A DNA stretch of 64,000 nucleotides. It comes from Macrostomum lignano. Its lineage: Eukaryota. The position numbers and the translations under genes were made by a program. Of the stretch, positions 23,595 through 36,086 are shown piece after piece. Location: contig NIVC01002821.1 in assembly GCA_002269645.1 (NCBI GenBank), positions 1-64,000 on the forward strand, written 5' to 3'. Under the pieces are notes generated by a model. It worked only from the letters and a program-made list of their open reading frames with translations, ran no database searches and was not told the DNA's origin. How positions within the stretch are numbered: position 1 is the stretch's first letter; each line of letters starts with the position of its first letter.

Positions 23595-26500
23595 CCTAAT
23601 CAGATTATGGCATTATAAAAATCAAAAATCAAAATGAAGCCCTGGCAATTGTCAATAAATAGGCAATATTCTAAATCTAAACGATATCTAAAAACGACAA
23701 TACGGGGCGTGCGTTGAATGAATGAAAAGTTATTTTGAAGGACAGTCGAAAACATTTTAAACTGAATTCACAGAAAAGGATGAACTTTGTTCGCTGCTTT
23801 GTAAAGTTTTGTTTAGTGTGACATTTAAAACAAAACAAATTCGCAACACGTTTGTTTTGTCGTTTGCTAAGTTAATATATCCTAAAGTTTGACACGAAAC
23901 TTTTTTTATTTTTGGAGCTGTGATTTTGAATTTGAAAGATGATTGTTTACATCCTAATTACTTGGGCCTTACAAGAGTACTACGGCTACCCTTACCTTAG
24001 TCTTTGCTTCCTATCAAACTCATACAGTATCCGTTTCAACATTGTCAGTCATTTCTTATTTATATTACATGTTTTAGAATTTCCTATTAAAATCTTGTTG
24101 TTCCATTGTTGGTCGTTGAAGTTCGTCTGAAGATACCGTAAAAGAGTTCAGGCGCGCTTTCAAATTCTAAATTTTTACAAACATCGATCTCGATAATTAA
24201 TTTGTAATCATAATTATTACTCGTTTCGTAAGTAAACCTTCCTTTTCGATTTTGAATTAAATACATTGGCTTATATTGGCTAAACAGGCTCTTTAGTCTT
24301 TGCCCGAGCCAAACTCTTACTAACTAACTACTACCCTAGCTTGGCCCATCCACCCTACTGGCCTACTATCCTTTTTTGGGGCATAACTTATGAACCATAT
24401 CCATAGGGCCTAATCTATAAATCTATAAGATTTTACTGCAGCCGCATCTTGGGCATTAGTTTAAAATTTTTACGCAGCTGAGACGTGTCTAGACGACTAG
24501 AGACATGGAAGTGGCTGTGTAGATATAATGTTAACAATCCTTATTACCAAATGTAGTAGCAATCAAGCAGTGGTGAATGGTGTTAGCATTTGAATTTATA
24601 TGAGTGCTTTAATATCTTTATTAACATTTTCATACAAAAAATCAATTTTTTGAAAAGGTCAAAATGTATTATGAAATGTGACATTTTATAAAATAAAAGT
24701 TCATAGGCCTAATTAGACCTATTCTAGGGTCAGGATCGTGTACCGCTGTACACCAGAATGAAAATTGCTTCTGTAGCTCATGCACGCCAATGTATGCCTA
24801 TGAACTTTAATGTACACCAACAAACAACTAATATTAAAAGCTTACAATATTTTATTATTCAAACAACTAATGTGTTAAAACTGAAAATCTTTTTACTAAA
24901 CTGTAGAGAACTAGTTCATTCTAACTATTTTTTTTGTTTTACTTTTACTTTCTTGGAAAAGTTAAACCCAGTTTTATAAATTTAGTTTTCTGTTTTTTCG
25001 TAAAGGGCCTACTATTCTTTCTGATCAAAATTTAGCTACTGTAACTATGTACATCTAGAGACTATGCCAAATGCAAACTTAATAATTTTTGTATGTTAAT
25101 TATGTAGATTGATTGTTGAGACTCGGAACTTTTGGTCCCACCTGCTGATCTCGCAATCTCTATATGCTAAGCTGTATGCCAAGAGGCAAGAGGGCATGCC
25201 AGGCCCCTTTGTATGACAAGTTGTATGCCAATGTGTAATCTAGGTCCCTCTATATGCTGGAAAATTATGGCGTACATGTATACCATCCAGAGTCTGGGAC
25301 CTATTTAATTTTTGCAAATAACTTAATTAAAACAATATATTGAGTTTAATATAATTTTTAGATTTTTATTTAGGATTAATATGAATATCATAATAAAAAA
25401 TAATTTTTCATATAGTATTCTAGCTCTAAATTTGGGATTATAATATATCTACCACATTCAGGAACATACATTATGGCGAAAAATTCTGGCGCACATCAAT
25501 AAAAAATGTGCACAAAGTGGCGCACATGGCGTATAACAAAGGCTTCGCAAAAGTTTTTAGTGCACAGTGGCATACAGCAAAACCTGATCAGAAAAATTTA
25601 GCTCACAATGAGTCACCTAAATGTATAATCTCATTAATCTGCATATGCAATGCATAAAATATGCTTTTAAGATTATGTTTTTCTAAGCATATCAATAAAA
25701 AAATTGTTTCTTGGTTAGTGAAATGAATAATAAAATTCAAAATGGAATTTTACCATAAGGTTAAAGTTTTTTTGATAATTTTCTACATGACTCATGAGCT
25801 AAAATAAAGCAGAAGTTTTGAGTTGAAAAAAGCCTATATAAGGTATAAACATTGATCCATTTTTAGTTTTGGTTTAATTGGACTTTTACTAAGTTTTTGT
25901 GCTATGGCACATTAGTACTCTAGCTATGTATTTGTCAATAAACGAATGTAGACCTTGGTGCACAAATTTATATTTTAGCTTTGTGCATAGCACACACTCT
26001 AAAAATATGCTAAAATATATTCTTGCGCATATGTGACACCTTCCTAAGTGTGGTATATCTATAAAGATTAAGTTTTAGATAATGTTAGACTTGGGCATAA
26101 AGATTTTTATTTAGTTTATGATATACAAAACTTTAAAACTTTTTTATATAATAAGACACACAGACAGACAGAGTTTTGATTTTTATATATGATACTCGTA
26201 TAGCTATACTTAGTTTTAATCTTAAAATTGTTTAGATATAAATTATATATATTTACATTGTAGTTAATATAGTGGAGTCCTATTGGAATAAGTGGACACA
26301 AGGGTCATCTACTCCCTAGGCACTTTAGGCCCATCATCCACTGTTTGAAAAACTTATGTATCAATAGTCATTAATATAAGTGGCCACACTGCTTCTGAAT
26401 ATATGCAACTATAAAGATTAAGATTAAAGACATTATACTATATATGACATGTATACATATAGTCACGCTCCTCCTTTTACATTCTGGGCTTGGGACCAGA

Positions 26501-26659
26501 CAATGGAAGATATACAGGAAATACAGGAATATATAGAAATATTAGACAGAAGTTCATAATCCTAAAATTTAATTTCATTAAAGTTTCTAACTCTAAATCA
26601 GAAATTATTCTCAAAAGCATTGATATTATTAATACTAGTATATAACTTAATTAACTTAC

Positions 26660-28010
26660 TTGGTTTCCATAAGTACAGCCACTGGTCAAAAGCACACTTG
26701 CTTTGTCTTAGTCTTCATATCAACAATCAATTGCCATTTTAGCCCTTCCTACACCTTAGCTTTGCAGGTGTTGTTCGATTGCCCACTTTAAAACTCACCT
26801 TGAATCTTGACAGCCATGGCAGGACATTTAAATCTAGAATTGTGACTAGTGCAATGCCAGTAGTGCCTTCCATTTTTTGGTAATTAAAACTAAGAACATA
26901 CTCACAGCCCTGAATCACTTGAAGAAGTAAATCCTTGCCTTTATTTATGTCACTTGTAATGCAGCAAAATGTCTCTCCTTGAGGCTTGGTCAAAAACTGA
27001 TGGGGCTTAGGCCTTGGCAGGTTCTTGTAGCCGTTGTGGTTCCTCAAAGGGGCCTGTATCAATAGGGTACAATTCAGCTAGGATAAGCTCTGCAAACAGC
27101 TCTACCTGCTGCTAGATGGCTGGAGGCTCTGCAACCTAAAGCTGCAAGATGGCTGGCAGATCTACCTGCTGCTTGACAGCTGGAGGCTCTACAACCTGAA
27201 GCTGCATGGCTGGCAGTTCACCTTGACAGCATGTGCAGCACCATGGAAAGTTCCCTTGGCTAGACAACTCTCAATGTTCTTCCTTAGAAATTCCTGTGCC
27301 ATAATGCAGCCAATGGTGCTGGCCATTGCTGACACATGTCACATTGAAGCACTTGTTGTTTTTTGCTAACTGGCTCTTAGCAAAAAACACAGATGTCTGC
27401 CATTTTTACTTAATTATAAACTATAGCTATTTCTTACAATTTGCTTCTCATATGTGATTTTATGCACCATATTTATAATAAAATTCTAGGGGTTATGATT
27501 TAAGCATTAAGTCCCTACAGGTGGAGCAGGGAGAAATCCATTATGTAACATCACATGGCCATATACTTTGTTGCCTCCACTAGTTATGGAAGTGAAGCAA
27601 TAATGCCCATAGGCCTACAGCAATTTTCTAAACAAGCAAACAAACAAAAAATAATTATTAGAGCTTGGCAAGTTTGTACCATAGAATAAAATTACAATGA
27701 ACATTTGTACACATACAATGTGCATTTAGATGCCAATTATAGCAACAAGTTGAATCTCTTAGCATGCATTTACTATTTAATCCTATATTTTGCAGACTAT
27801 TGATTGAGTAACAATTTACATGTATAACAACAACAATTGAATAACAATTTACAGCTTTGCAGAATCTTAGGATGACAAAGTGTCCTCAAAATTTGGTCAC
27901 TTCATCATCTAGATTTCTAACAATTTTTTGGTATGACAAAGCATCCAAAAACCATGGTCACTTTGTCATCTGGATGACAAACTGGTAAGATAACGAAATG
28001 TCCAGGAACT
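26660..28010 (-). pseudogene. Decayed, truncated second PHD-FLYWCH Mutator-like element with one TIR
   Basis: From ATG 27403: MADICVFC*EPVSKKQQVLQCDMCQQW (frameshift) QH...GTGISKEEH*EL...FPWCCTC. Then NGRHYWHCTSHNSRFKCPAMAVKIQGEF*SGQSNNTC and LIVDMKTKTKQVCF*PVA, co-linear with the intact transposase. TIR-like end at 27972-28010. Confidence 0.8.
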
Positions 28011-28619
28011 AGACAAAATGCATCTAACTGTCCACTGCAATTTTGGAACTTTCTGGTAATCCTTGGCCTTAACTGTGTGGTCTCTGCAGCTTGAGCAGCA
28101 GCACTTTGTATAGTAGCTCAGGGCAGTGGGCCTCTGATTAGATGACATGGCTAGTCAAAGTCGTTGCCCACATAGCAAGTCAGAAGACAGCATCAGTATA
28201 CCATTATGGAGAGTGTGGCATTAGTCTCACTGTCTAGACTAATATGCATTCCAAATATTGCATGTAGCATAGCCACATATGTATTGTCAAGCTGTTTCTC
28301 CAAGGTCCTTGTCTCAGTTTTGTATAGTAGTTACAGAAAGTTTATTAGCTATGGATACAGATAGGCTATAGAAAAATTTTTGAGATATAGCTATAGATAT
28401 AAATATGGGAAAATTTGGTTATAGTGGAACTGTATTAAACTGATTATATGACAAGGCATTTTATGCTAACAATATAATACATATTACTCCTGCCTTATAC
28501 CTAAAATATTTGGGCCCAAGTTTTATCAAGAGTGACATCATCTTAGATTTTAAGACTTTTCTTATTTGCTTTGTGTTGCCATTTAGTATAGAAAAAAACA
28601 AGCTTCAAAATGCAATGTA

Positions 28620-28772
28620 TTCACCCTATCCTCATCAATCACCCTATCCTCAGCAATCACCCATCCTCAGCAATCACTCTATCCTAAGCAATCACCCCAT
28701 CCTCAGCAATCACCCCATCCTCATCAATCACCCCATCCTCATCAATCACCCTATCCTCAGCAATCACCCCAT
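28620..28772. repeat. 18-bp minisatellite
   Basis: caccccatcctcagcaat units. Confidence 0.85.
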
Positions 28773-29853
28773 CCCTCTTTGTATACTTAAATTTTATGAA
28801 CAATTTCTAATAGAGTGGAAGAAAAATGATTTCAAATTTGTGTTATGAATGCAAAAACTACGTAAAAGGAGCAAAAAATTTATGCAAAAATCTTTGTTGG
28901 TTATGGAGTTCTCAGTTCTATCAACTTATAATATGAAAAATAAAAAAATTAGGAACAAAACTGGGTTGTACAATTTTTCTTTTTTCATTGAAAACAATGA
29001 AACTTTTTTTTCATTAACTTTGTTAAAAATGTTTTGAATGAAAAAATTGACTTTACAATTGTACCTATTTTATATGAAAAGTCATAATTATTTCCTTAAA
29101 AAACAGTAATTCACTTTCTTAGGTCATTTTTTTTTAATTTATTGCATTTTTCTTCTAGATTACAGTGTAAATTTTTTAAATTCAATTTAGTTTCAAATAA
29201 TTTTATATTTGAAGTACAGCAACATTTTAGGATATTCTAAAAATGTTCCCACATTTTACCAATTTTAATGATTATAAAATGAGCTAAATATTTACCTGTG
29301 TGTTTTTATATTGTCAAGTTCAGTCAAATTGTTACAAATTGTTTTTTTGGCTGTTAGACTGTGTAAGTGGTTAGGCCTAGTTGTGCATTTTTCTTTTTAC
29401 AAAAAAAGTTAGACAGATCTTTACTACTAGTGCCATTCAGTTCAGTCAGTGCCTGCAGTAAGGCTAGGCCCTAGAGCTAGCCATTAAACTACTAGGTACC
29501 TGCGATAGACAAACCATTTTTAGTATAATTGATTGATTGATGATTCTAAAAGTTATTTGTGTAACAAATGAGTCTAAACTTGGGTATATGGATGTATGCC
29601 TAACACCTAAAAATTTTTTAAGGCATTTGAGAAATATAAGAACAAAACTACTCACAAAAGGTCTAAAAAATTAAGCCTATTTCATGGATATCTTTAGTGA
29701 TATTTTATTTTTTTAACTATTTAAAATTTTTAAGGTATTGGGATTAGTAATTGTTAATATGCACCAATTTCAACATTAGATTCTAATAAGACACTTGCTG
29801 AATATTTTTATTAATATTAATAATATACAAAGGACAATTCTCATTTCCAGAGA

Positions 29854-30570
29854 ATGGTTTGTGTACCCTGCATTGTCATCCCTTTTGTGCTGTGGGTTTT
29901 CCACCGCTATCTGCGACCCCTGCTGGCGCCCTTCCTGCCCAGCTGGATGCTCGGCACCGCCAGCTCTGAGGATTCGGATGGGAAACAGCCTGGGGCCGCC
30001 TCTGCTGACTCGACTGCGCCTGCAAAGGCCAAGGTAAAACTTCTGTGTATTGCATGCTCCACCCCATCCTCAGCATTCACCCCATCCTCAGCAATAACCC
30101 CATCCTCAGCATTCACCCCATCCTCAGCATTCACCCTATCCTCAGCATTCACCCCATTCTCAGCATTCACCCCATTCTCAGCATTCACCCCATCCTCAGC
30201 ATTCACCCCATCCTCAGCAAGCATGACTGCATTCCCAATAAAACTTGGCTCAGTCTAAATACGTATGAAGGATCTACTAAACCCCAGTATGTTAGTATTA
30301 GAAAGCAAATATTTTCCGGAACAGTCCGCAATCTCAATCAGGTAACGTCTGCCTCAATTTCCACGCAGATGTCCTTCGCTCTCTAACGATCAATCTCTTT
30401 AGACATTCCACTGCAACCTGGCTAGAATCTCCCTATCGATGGGTCTCACTCCCGCATAAAATCCCCCAGCTGACTGCTCGCCCTCGCCCGCCCCTTCGCA
30501 GTGCCCGTTCGCCTCTTCGTCCGCGGCAGCTGCTGGCTCGGAGAATCCGCACACAAAAAAGACAGAATGA
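29854..30570 (+). CDS. C18orf32: UPF0729 / C18orf32 family small protein (82 aa)
   Basis: Exon 29854-30033 starts MVCVPCIVIPFVLWVFHRYLRPLL, the family N-terminal signature. Donor aag|gtaaaa; acceptor ccccttcgcag|; exon 30502-30570 CPFASS...HTKKTE*; phase 0. Confidence 0.85.
30058..30218. repeat. 18-bp minisatellite in the UPF0729 intron
   Basis: caccccatcctcagcatt units. Confidence 0.9.
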
Positions 30571-30804
30571 AGCTCAGTCTGTTCACCTGTGATAGCATCC
30601 TTGACCATCGGTACATGGCAGGTGGAATGCGGATTATTATATTAATATCTGAAAACTGAAGTCTCTGTTGTTGCTGCTTCATTTTTATTCAAATTAAGTA
30701 TTTTACGAGTTTTTGTACACTCTTGAGCTGCAATGAGAATATAATTTCATAGAATCCTTAATGATGTACTGCAGACGGTCGCGCTTGCTGTGCACAGAAA
30801 GTGA

Positions 30805-30810
30805 AATAAA
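30805..30810 (+). promoter_or_regulatory. Candidate polyadenylation signal of the UPF0729 gene
   Basis: AATAAA ~235 nt after the stop and ~230 nt before the MEF2 upstream acceptor. Confidence 0.4.
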
Positions 30811-31045
30811 ATGTATCAACCATTTGAAAGATCTGTTATCCAGGCACCCAGTCAGTCTTGGCTTTTTTGTATTCTTTCTAAGTTTTCATTAGAAATCTAC
30901 TGCATCACAGTTCAGCTAAATGTTCAATATTGGAAAGCATTGATTGAAATAAGTTTTGCGATTCATTTCAGCTTGGAGATTGAAGCTGAATTTTGCGGAT
31001 TGCGGCGCAGCTTCAGACGATTTTTCATAAACTTTCAGCAGCTTC

Positions 31046-32727
31046 ATGGGGCGAAAGAAGATTCAAATTGCCAGGATTGAGGATGAGAGAACTCGGCAGG
31101 TGAGTGCAACTTGCAGGAATCTCTGCTGGAAATCTCACTGTCTCAAGTATCAATCTTAACTGTCAGATCAGGAATCTCACTGTCTCGAGTATCAATCTCA
31201 CTGTCTCGAGTATCAATCTCACTGTCAGATCATAAATCTCACTGTCTCGAGTATCAATCTCACTGTCAAATCAAGAATCTCACTGTCAGATAAGAAATCT
31301 CACTGTCTTGAGTATCAATCTCACTGTCAGATCATAAATCTCACTGTCTCGAGTATCAATCTCACTGTCAAATCAGGAATCTCACTGTCAGATCAGGAAT
31401 CTCACTGTCAGATAAGAAATCTCACTGTCTTGAGTATCAATCTCACTGTCAGATCATAAATCTCACTGTCTCGAGTATCAATCTCACTGTCAAATCAGGA
31501 ATCTCGCTGTCAGATCAGGAATCTCACTGTCAGATAAGAAATCTCACTGTCTTGAGTATCAATCTCACTGTCAGATTAGAAGTCTGTCTCGGGTATCAAT
31601 CTCACTGTCTCGGGTATCAATCCCACTGTCTTAAGTATCGATCTCACTGTCATTAGAAGTCTGTCTCGGGTATCAATCTCACTGTCTGCAGATATCAATC
31701 TCACTGTCTCGGGTATAAATCCCACTGTCTTGAGTATCAATCTCCGAATATCAGCGCGGAAATCTCGCGCTCTCTCAACCCAAACCCTCCAACGTCCCGC
31801 CCTCCTCCGCGCCGCCAAATTCAGGTGACCTTCACCAAGCGCAAGTTCGGCCTAATGAAAAAGGCCTACGAGCTCTCTGTCCTCTGCGACTGCGAGGTGG
31901 CGCTGATCGTGTTCAACGGCAACAACCGGCTGCACCAGTACGCCAGCACCGACATGGACCGCCTGCTGCTGCGCTACACGGACTACAGCTCACCGCACGA
32001 GAGCCGCACTAATAAGGACATTATGGAGGTGAGCGTCAATTTCTTCGGCAGCAGCAGATGCTTAAATGCTATTGCTCGAAGCTGGGTTCCCCATCCCTAA
32101 ATTCGGTGTAAGTTTCGGGGTATGAAAGTCTATTCGCGATTTTACAGGGTAATGGGATTGTGTGGGATTCTTGTGTAATTGGGCTGTTACTTGGAATAAC
32201 TTGGGTATGTGATTTACGTTGGGATTCTGGGGAATGGTTTGTTGTAGCCAAGGTTGTAGCCTAGTGGTTGGAGCGTCCGACTGAAAGGTCGGGGGTTCGA
32301 CTCTCAACCTGTGGCGACACCCCCCAGTCTTTGAACTGAACAGCCGTACGCAGCCTTCAGATGCGCCGCGCAATAGCTGCGGCTGAGCTGTCGGTTGCAC
32401 ATCCGCTCATTAGAGCAGGTGCAATCAATTATTACAGGTGAATTTTTTGGAATTTTCTATTGTTGCCTTCCGCTCTTCCAGTACTTGACCCGCAAGTCCG
32501 GCACCTCCGCCGATGCGCCGCCCGACCAAGAGGACTCGCAGCCGTCGCCGACGCAGCAACAGCCGCAGCAGCCACGGCAGCAGCCGCCTCGCCAGTCCAT
32601 CAGGCTGCAGTCTTTGTCGTCTAGCAGCGCAGCAGCATCGTCCCAGCAGGGACTGCAGCTGCCGCAGATTCTGCAGCTGCAACAGCCGCAGCAGCAGCAA
32701 CAACAACAGCCGCAGCAGCAGCAACAA

Positions 32728-32762
<35 letters not shown>

Positions 32763-32865
32763 GCAGCAGCAGCTGGATCAACAGTATCCAGTTGTGGACT
32801 TCCTCACCCAGCTGAAGTCGGAGGGCACTGAGAATGAAGGCGTAATAGTGAGCGGCCCGCTGTGA
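31046..32865 (+). CDS. MEF2: MEF2-type MADS-box transcription factor
   Basis: Exons 31046-31099 ([18 protein letters not shown]), 31825-32028 ([24 protein letters not shown]...[11 protein letters not shown]) and 32482-32865 (YLTRKSG..., polyQ). Both introns are phase 0 at typical MEF2 positions. The stop overlaps a possible donor gtgagc at 32862, so the 3' end is uncertain. Confidence 0.93.
31132..31742. repeat. Composite ~20-bp minisatellite in MEF2 intron 1
   Basis: aatctcactgtc core alternating with agatcagg / tcgagtatc / agataaga spacers. Confidence 0.9.
32250..32435 (+). mobile_element. tRNA-derived SINE-like sequence in MEF2 intron 2
   Basis: A-box-like tagcctagtgg (32257-32267) and B-box ggttcgactc (32294-32303); no complete cloverleaf. 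3' limit is approximate. Confidence 0.55.
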
Positions 32866-33104
32866 GCCGCCGCCGCTGCGCCGGCAGCTCATTGCGATGT
32901 GCGACTCTTCAATATTTTGCTCACTGTTTCCATTTGTTTTGTACTTTAGCTGTTGGCTTTGCTGCTAATCTCGCCTTATAACTGCCCGGATTTTCTCTCT
33001 ACAATTATTATCCACCCTTAAACCGCTAACTCACCCATCTGTCATCATCTCGTTTTTCTGCTTTAATCAGTAGTTTGGTCTGTTCTCTCTGTTCTTCTCT
33101 TCAT

Positions 33105-34290
33105 TCACCTGTGATTCTCCCTGCATCCACCTGTCTCCCTGCATCCACCTGTGAATCTCCCTGCATCCACCTGTGAGTCTCCCTGCATCCACCTGTGATT
33201 CTCCCTGCATCCACCTGTGAATCTCCCTGCATCCACCTGTGAGTCTCCCTGCATCCACCTGTGATTCTCCCTGCATCCATCCGTGAGTCTCCCCACATCC
33301 ACCTGTCTCCCTGCATCCACCCGTGAGTCTCCCCACATCCACCTGTCTCCCTGCATCCACGTGTGAGTCTCCCTGCATCCACGTGTGAGTCTCCCTGAAT
33401 CCACCTGTGATTCTCCCTGCATCCACGTGTGAGTCTCCCTGCATCCACGTGTGAGTCTCCCTGCATCCACCTGTGAGTCTCCCTGCATCCACCCGTGAGT
33501 CTCCCTGCATCCACGTGAGTCTCCCTGCATCCACGTGTGAGTCTCCCTGCATCCACCTGTGATTCTCCCTGCATCCACCTGTGAGTCTCCCTGCATCCAC
33601 CTCCTGAGTCTCCCTGCATCCACCCGTGAGTCTCCCTGCATCCACCTCCTGAGTCTCCCCACATCCACCTGTGAGTCTCCCCACATCCACCTGTGAGTCT
33701 CCCTGCATCCACCTGTGAGTCTCCCTGCATCCACCTGTGAGTCTCCCTGCATCCACCCGTGAGTCTCCCTGCATCCACCTCCTGAGTCTCCCTGCATCCA
33801 CCTGTGAGTCTCCCTGCATCCACCCGTGAGTCTCCCTGCATCCACCTCCTGAGTCTCCCTGCATCCACCTGTGAGTCTCCCCACATCCACCTGTGAGTCT
33901 CTCCCCACATCCACCTGTGAGTCTCCCTGCATCCACCCGTGAGTCTCCCTGCATCCACCTGTGAGTCTCCCTGCATCCACCCGTGAGTCTCCCTGCATCC
34001 ACCCGTGAGTCTCCCTGCATCCACCTGTGAGTCTCCCTGCATCCACCCGTGAGTCTCCCTGCATCCACCTCCTGAGTCTCCCTGCATCCACCCGTGAGTC
34101 TCCCTGCATCCACCTGTGAGTCTCTCCCCACATCCACCTGTGAGTCTCCCTGCATCCACCCGTGAGTCTCCCTGCATCCACCTGTGAGTCTCCCTGCATC
34201 CACCCGTGAGTCTCCCTGCATCCACCCGTGAGTCTCCCTGCATCCACCTGTGAGTCTCCCTGCATCCACCTGTGAGTCTCCCCACATTCG
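33105..34290. repeat. 22-bp minisatellite
   Basis: catccacctgtgagtctccctg units. Confidence 0.95.
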
Positions 34291-34929
34291 CCCGTCTCCC
34301 TGCATTCCTCTGCTCCCTGTCATTAATACCGCTATCAAGTTAATCGTTACACTACTAAACCTTGCATAACCTGTTACTATCTGCTCATCTAACGGATGCT
34401 CATCCATTCTCACTAAGGCAAAGAGCTCATGACTTTATTCAGACTGTACAGACACTGTATTCAATATCCACTGTTGACTTGCTGTGAACCGAATCCGACT
34501 GTCGAACACTTAGCAGTTTATATTTAGCTTTGCTCAAAGCTGCCTAGACCTGACCGAATTTGATTTCCGCCAAAGCTTGTTCATAATGGTTCGTCTTCTA
34601 TCTTGTACTATTTTCTCTTTACTAGTAGCAGACTATAAAAAATGTTTTGTTTGCAGATTTCGCGCTGCGCATTCCGGAATGCAAAGGTCGCCCCGTTTGT
34701 CTAACATCAATCCGAACATATTTAAATACATATAATACGTGCTACTCTTATCAAAATGTTACTATTTTATTTTGTTATTCTGCATGCAAAATCAACGGCG
34801 CCGCAGCTCTCGCAGTTGGACCCGCGGTTTTGAATGATGAGAATTAAATTTAAAAAAATATTAAAAACTTGTCATTCAATTATCATAATGCTGTTCTTGC
34901 TTTGGGGCGACTGGTCTTTCACACTGCAC

Positions 34930-35660
34930 ACCAGCCTGGCACACCTGACCAACCTGGCATACCTGACCAACCTGGCACACCTGACCAACCTGGCACACCT
35001 GACCAACTTGACACACCTGACCAACCTGGCATTCCTGACTAACCTGGCACACCTGACCAACCTGGCACACCTGACCAACCTGGCACACCTGACCAACCTG
35101 GCACACCTGACCAACCTGGCACACCTGACCAACCTGGCATTCCTGACTAACCTGGCACACCTGACCAACCTGGCACACCTGACCAACCTGGCACACCTGA
35201 CCAACCTGGCATTCCTGACTAACCTGGCACACCTGACTAACCTGGCACACCTGACCAACTTGACACACCTGGCCATCCTGGCATTCCTGACTAACCTGGC
35301 ACACCTGACCAACCTGGCATTCCTGACTAACCTGGCACACCTGACTAACCTGGCACACCTGACCAACTTGACACACCTGGCCATCCTGGCATTCCTGACT
35401 AACCTGGCACACCTGACCAACCTGGCACACCTGACCAACCTGGCACACCTGACCAACCTGGCACACCTGACCAACCTGGCACACCTGACCAACCTGGCAC
35501 ACCTGACTAACCTGGCACACCTGACCAACTTGACACACCTGGCCATCCTGGCATTCCTGACTAACCTGGCACACCTGACCAACCTGGCACCCCTAACCAA
35601 CCTGAAACATCTGACCAACTTGACACACCTAGCTGGCACACCTGACCACACTTGCCACCT
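34930..35660. repeat. 18-bp minisatellite with higher-order variants
   Basis: acctgaccaacctggcac units (LTNLAH pseudo-ORF). Confidence 0.95.
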
Positions 35661-36086
35661 TCCTGCCAAACGATCGCAATTAAACTATGCATTTTTGGCT
35701 CATGCGGATTGCTTTACTGCTTCCATCAGCGGAAAGTTGCCAAAGATTTGTCATGAGCCATTTCTGGCCTGACCTGAAGTTTAGCCACCAATGAAAATCA
35801 AGGCAACAGCGAATTAGAAAAGCTCCCGTTTAAAAAATAAGTTACCCTTCACAAATCTATTTAATGCGTTGTAGACTACACTTTCTACGGGTCTTGTCAC
35901 TGCCCGAGTGATGTGCTGGTTCTACACCGAATCTTTCGGCTTCCTGCAATCTGGCTGTCTGCTCTCACGCTGACCAAATTTCCTCTTTGTATCGGCTGTA
36001 GTTCAGGCGCTCTCTTCATGCCCTACAAGGAGGCCACCAGCGTCGGACGCTTCACATTGGCACTGATACTCCTGCACTGGCTCTGC

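Noticed and set aside
26739-27062. 107-aa ORF from the track
   Set aside because: It is an alternative frame over the decayed FLYWCH relic, not a gene.
30399-30682. Minus-strand ORFs (…GFYAGVRPIDREILARLQWNV)
   Set aside because: Best explained as the antisense shadow of UPF0729 exon 2 and its 3' UTR; no consistent splice model was found.
32250-32320. Functional tRNA gene
   Set aside because: A and B boxes are present, but there is no acceptor stem or anticodon arm; treated as SINE-like.
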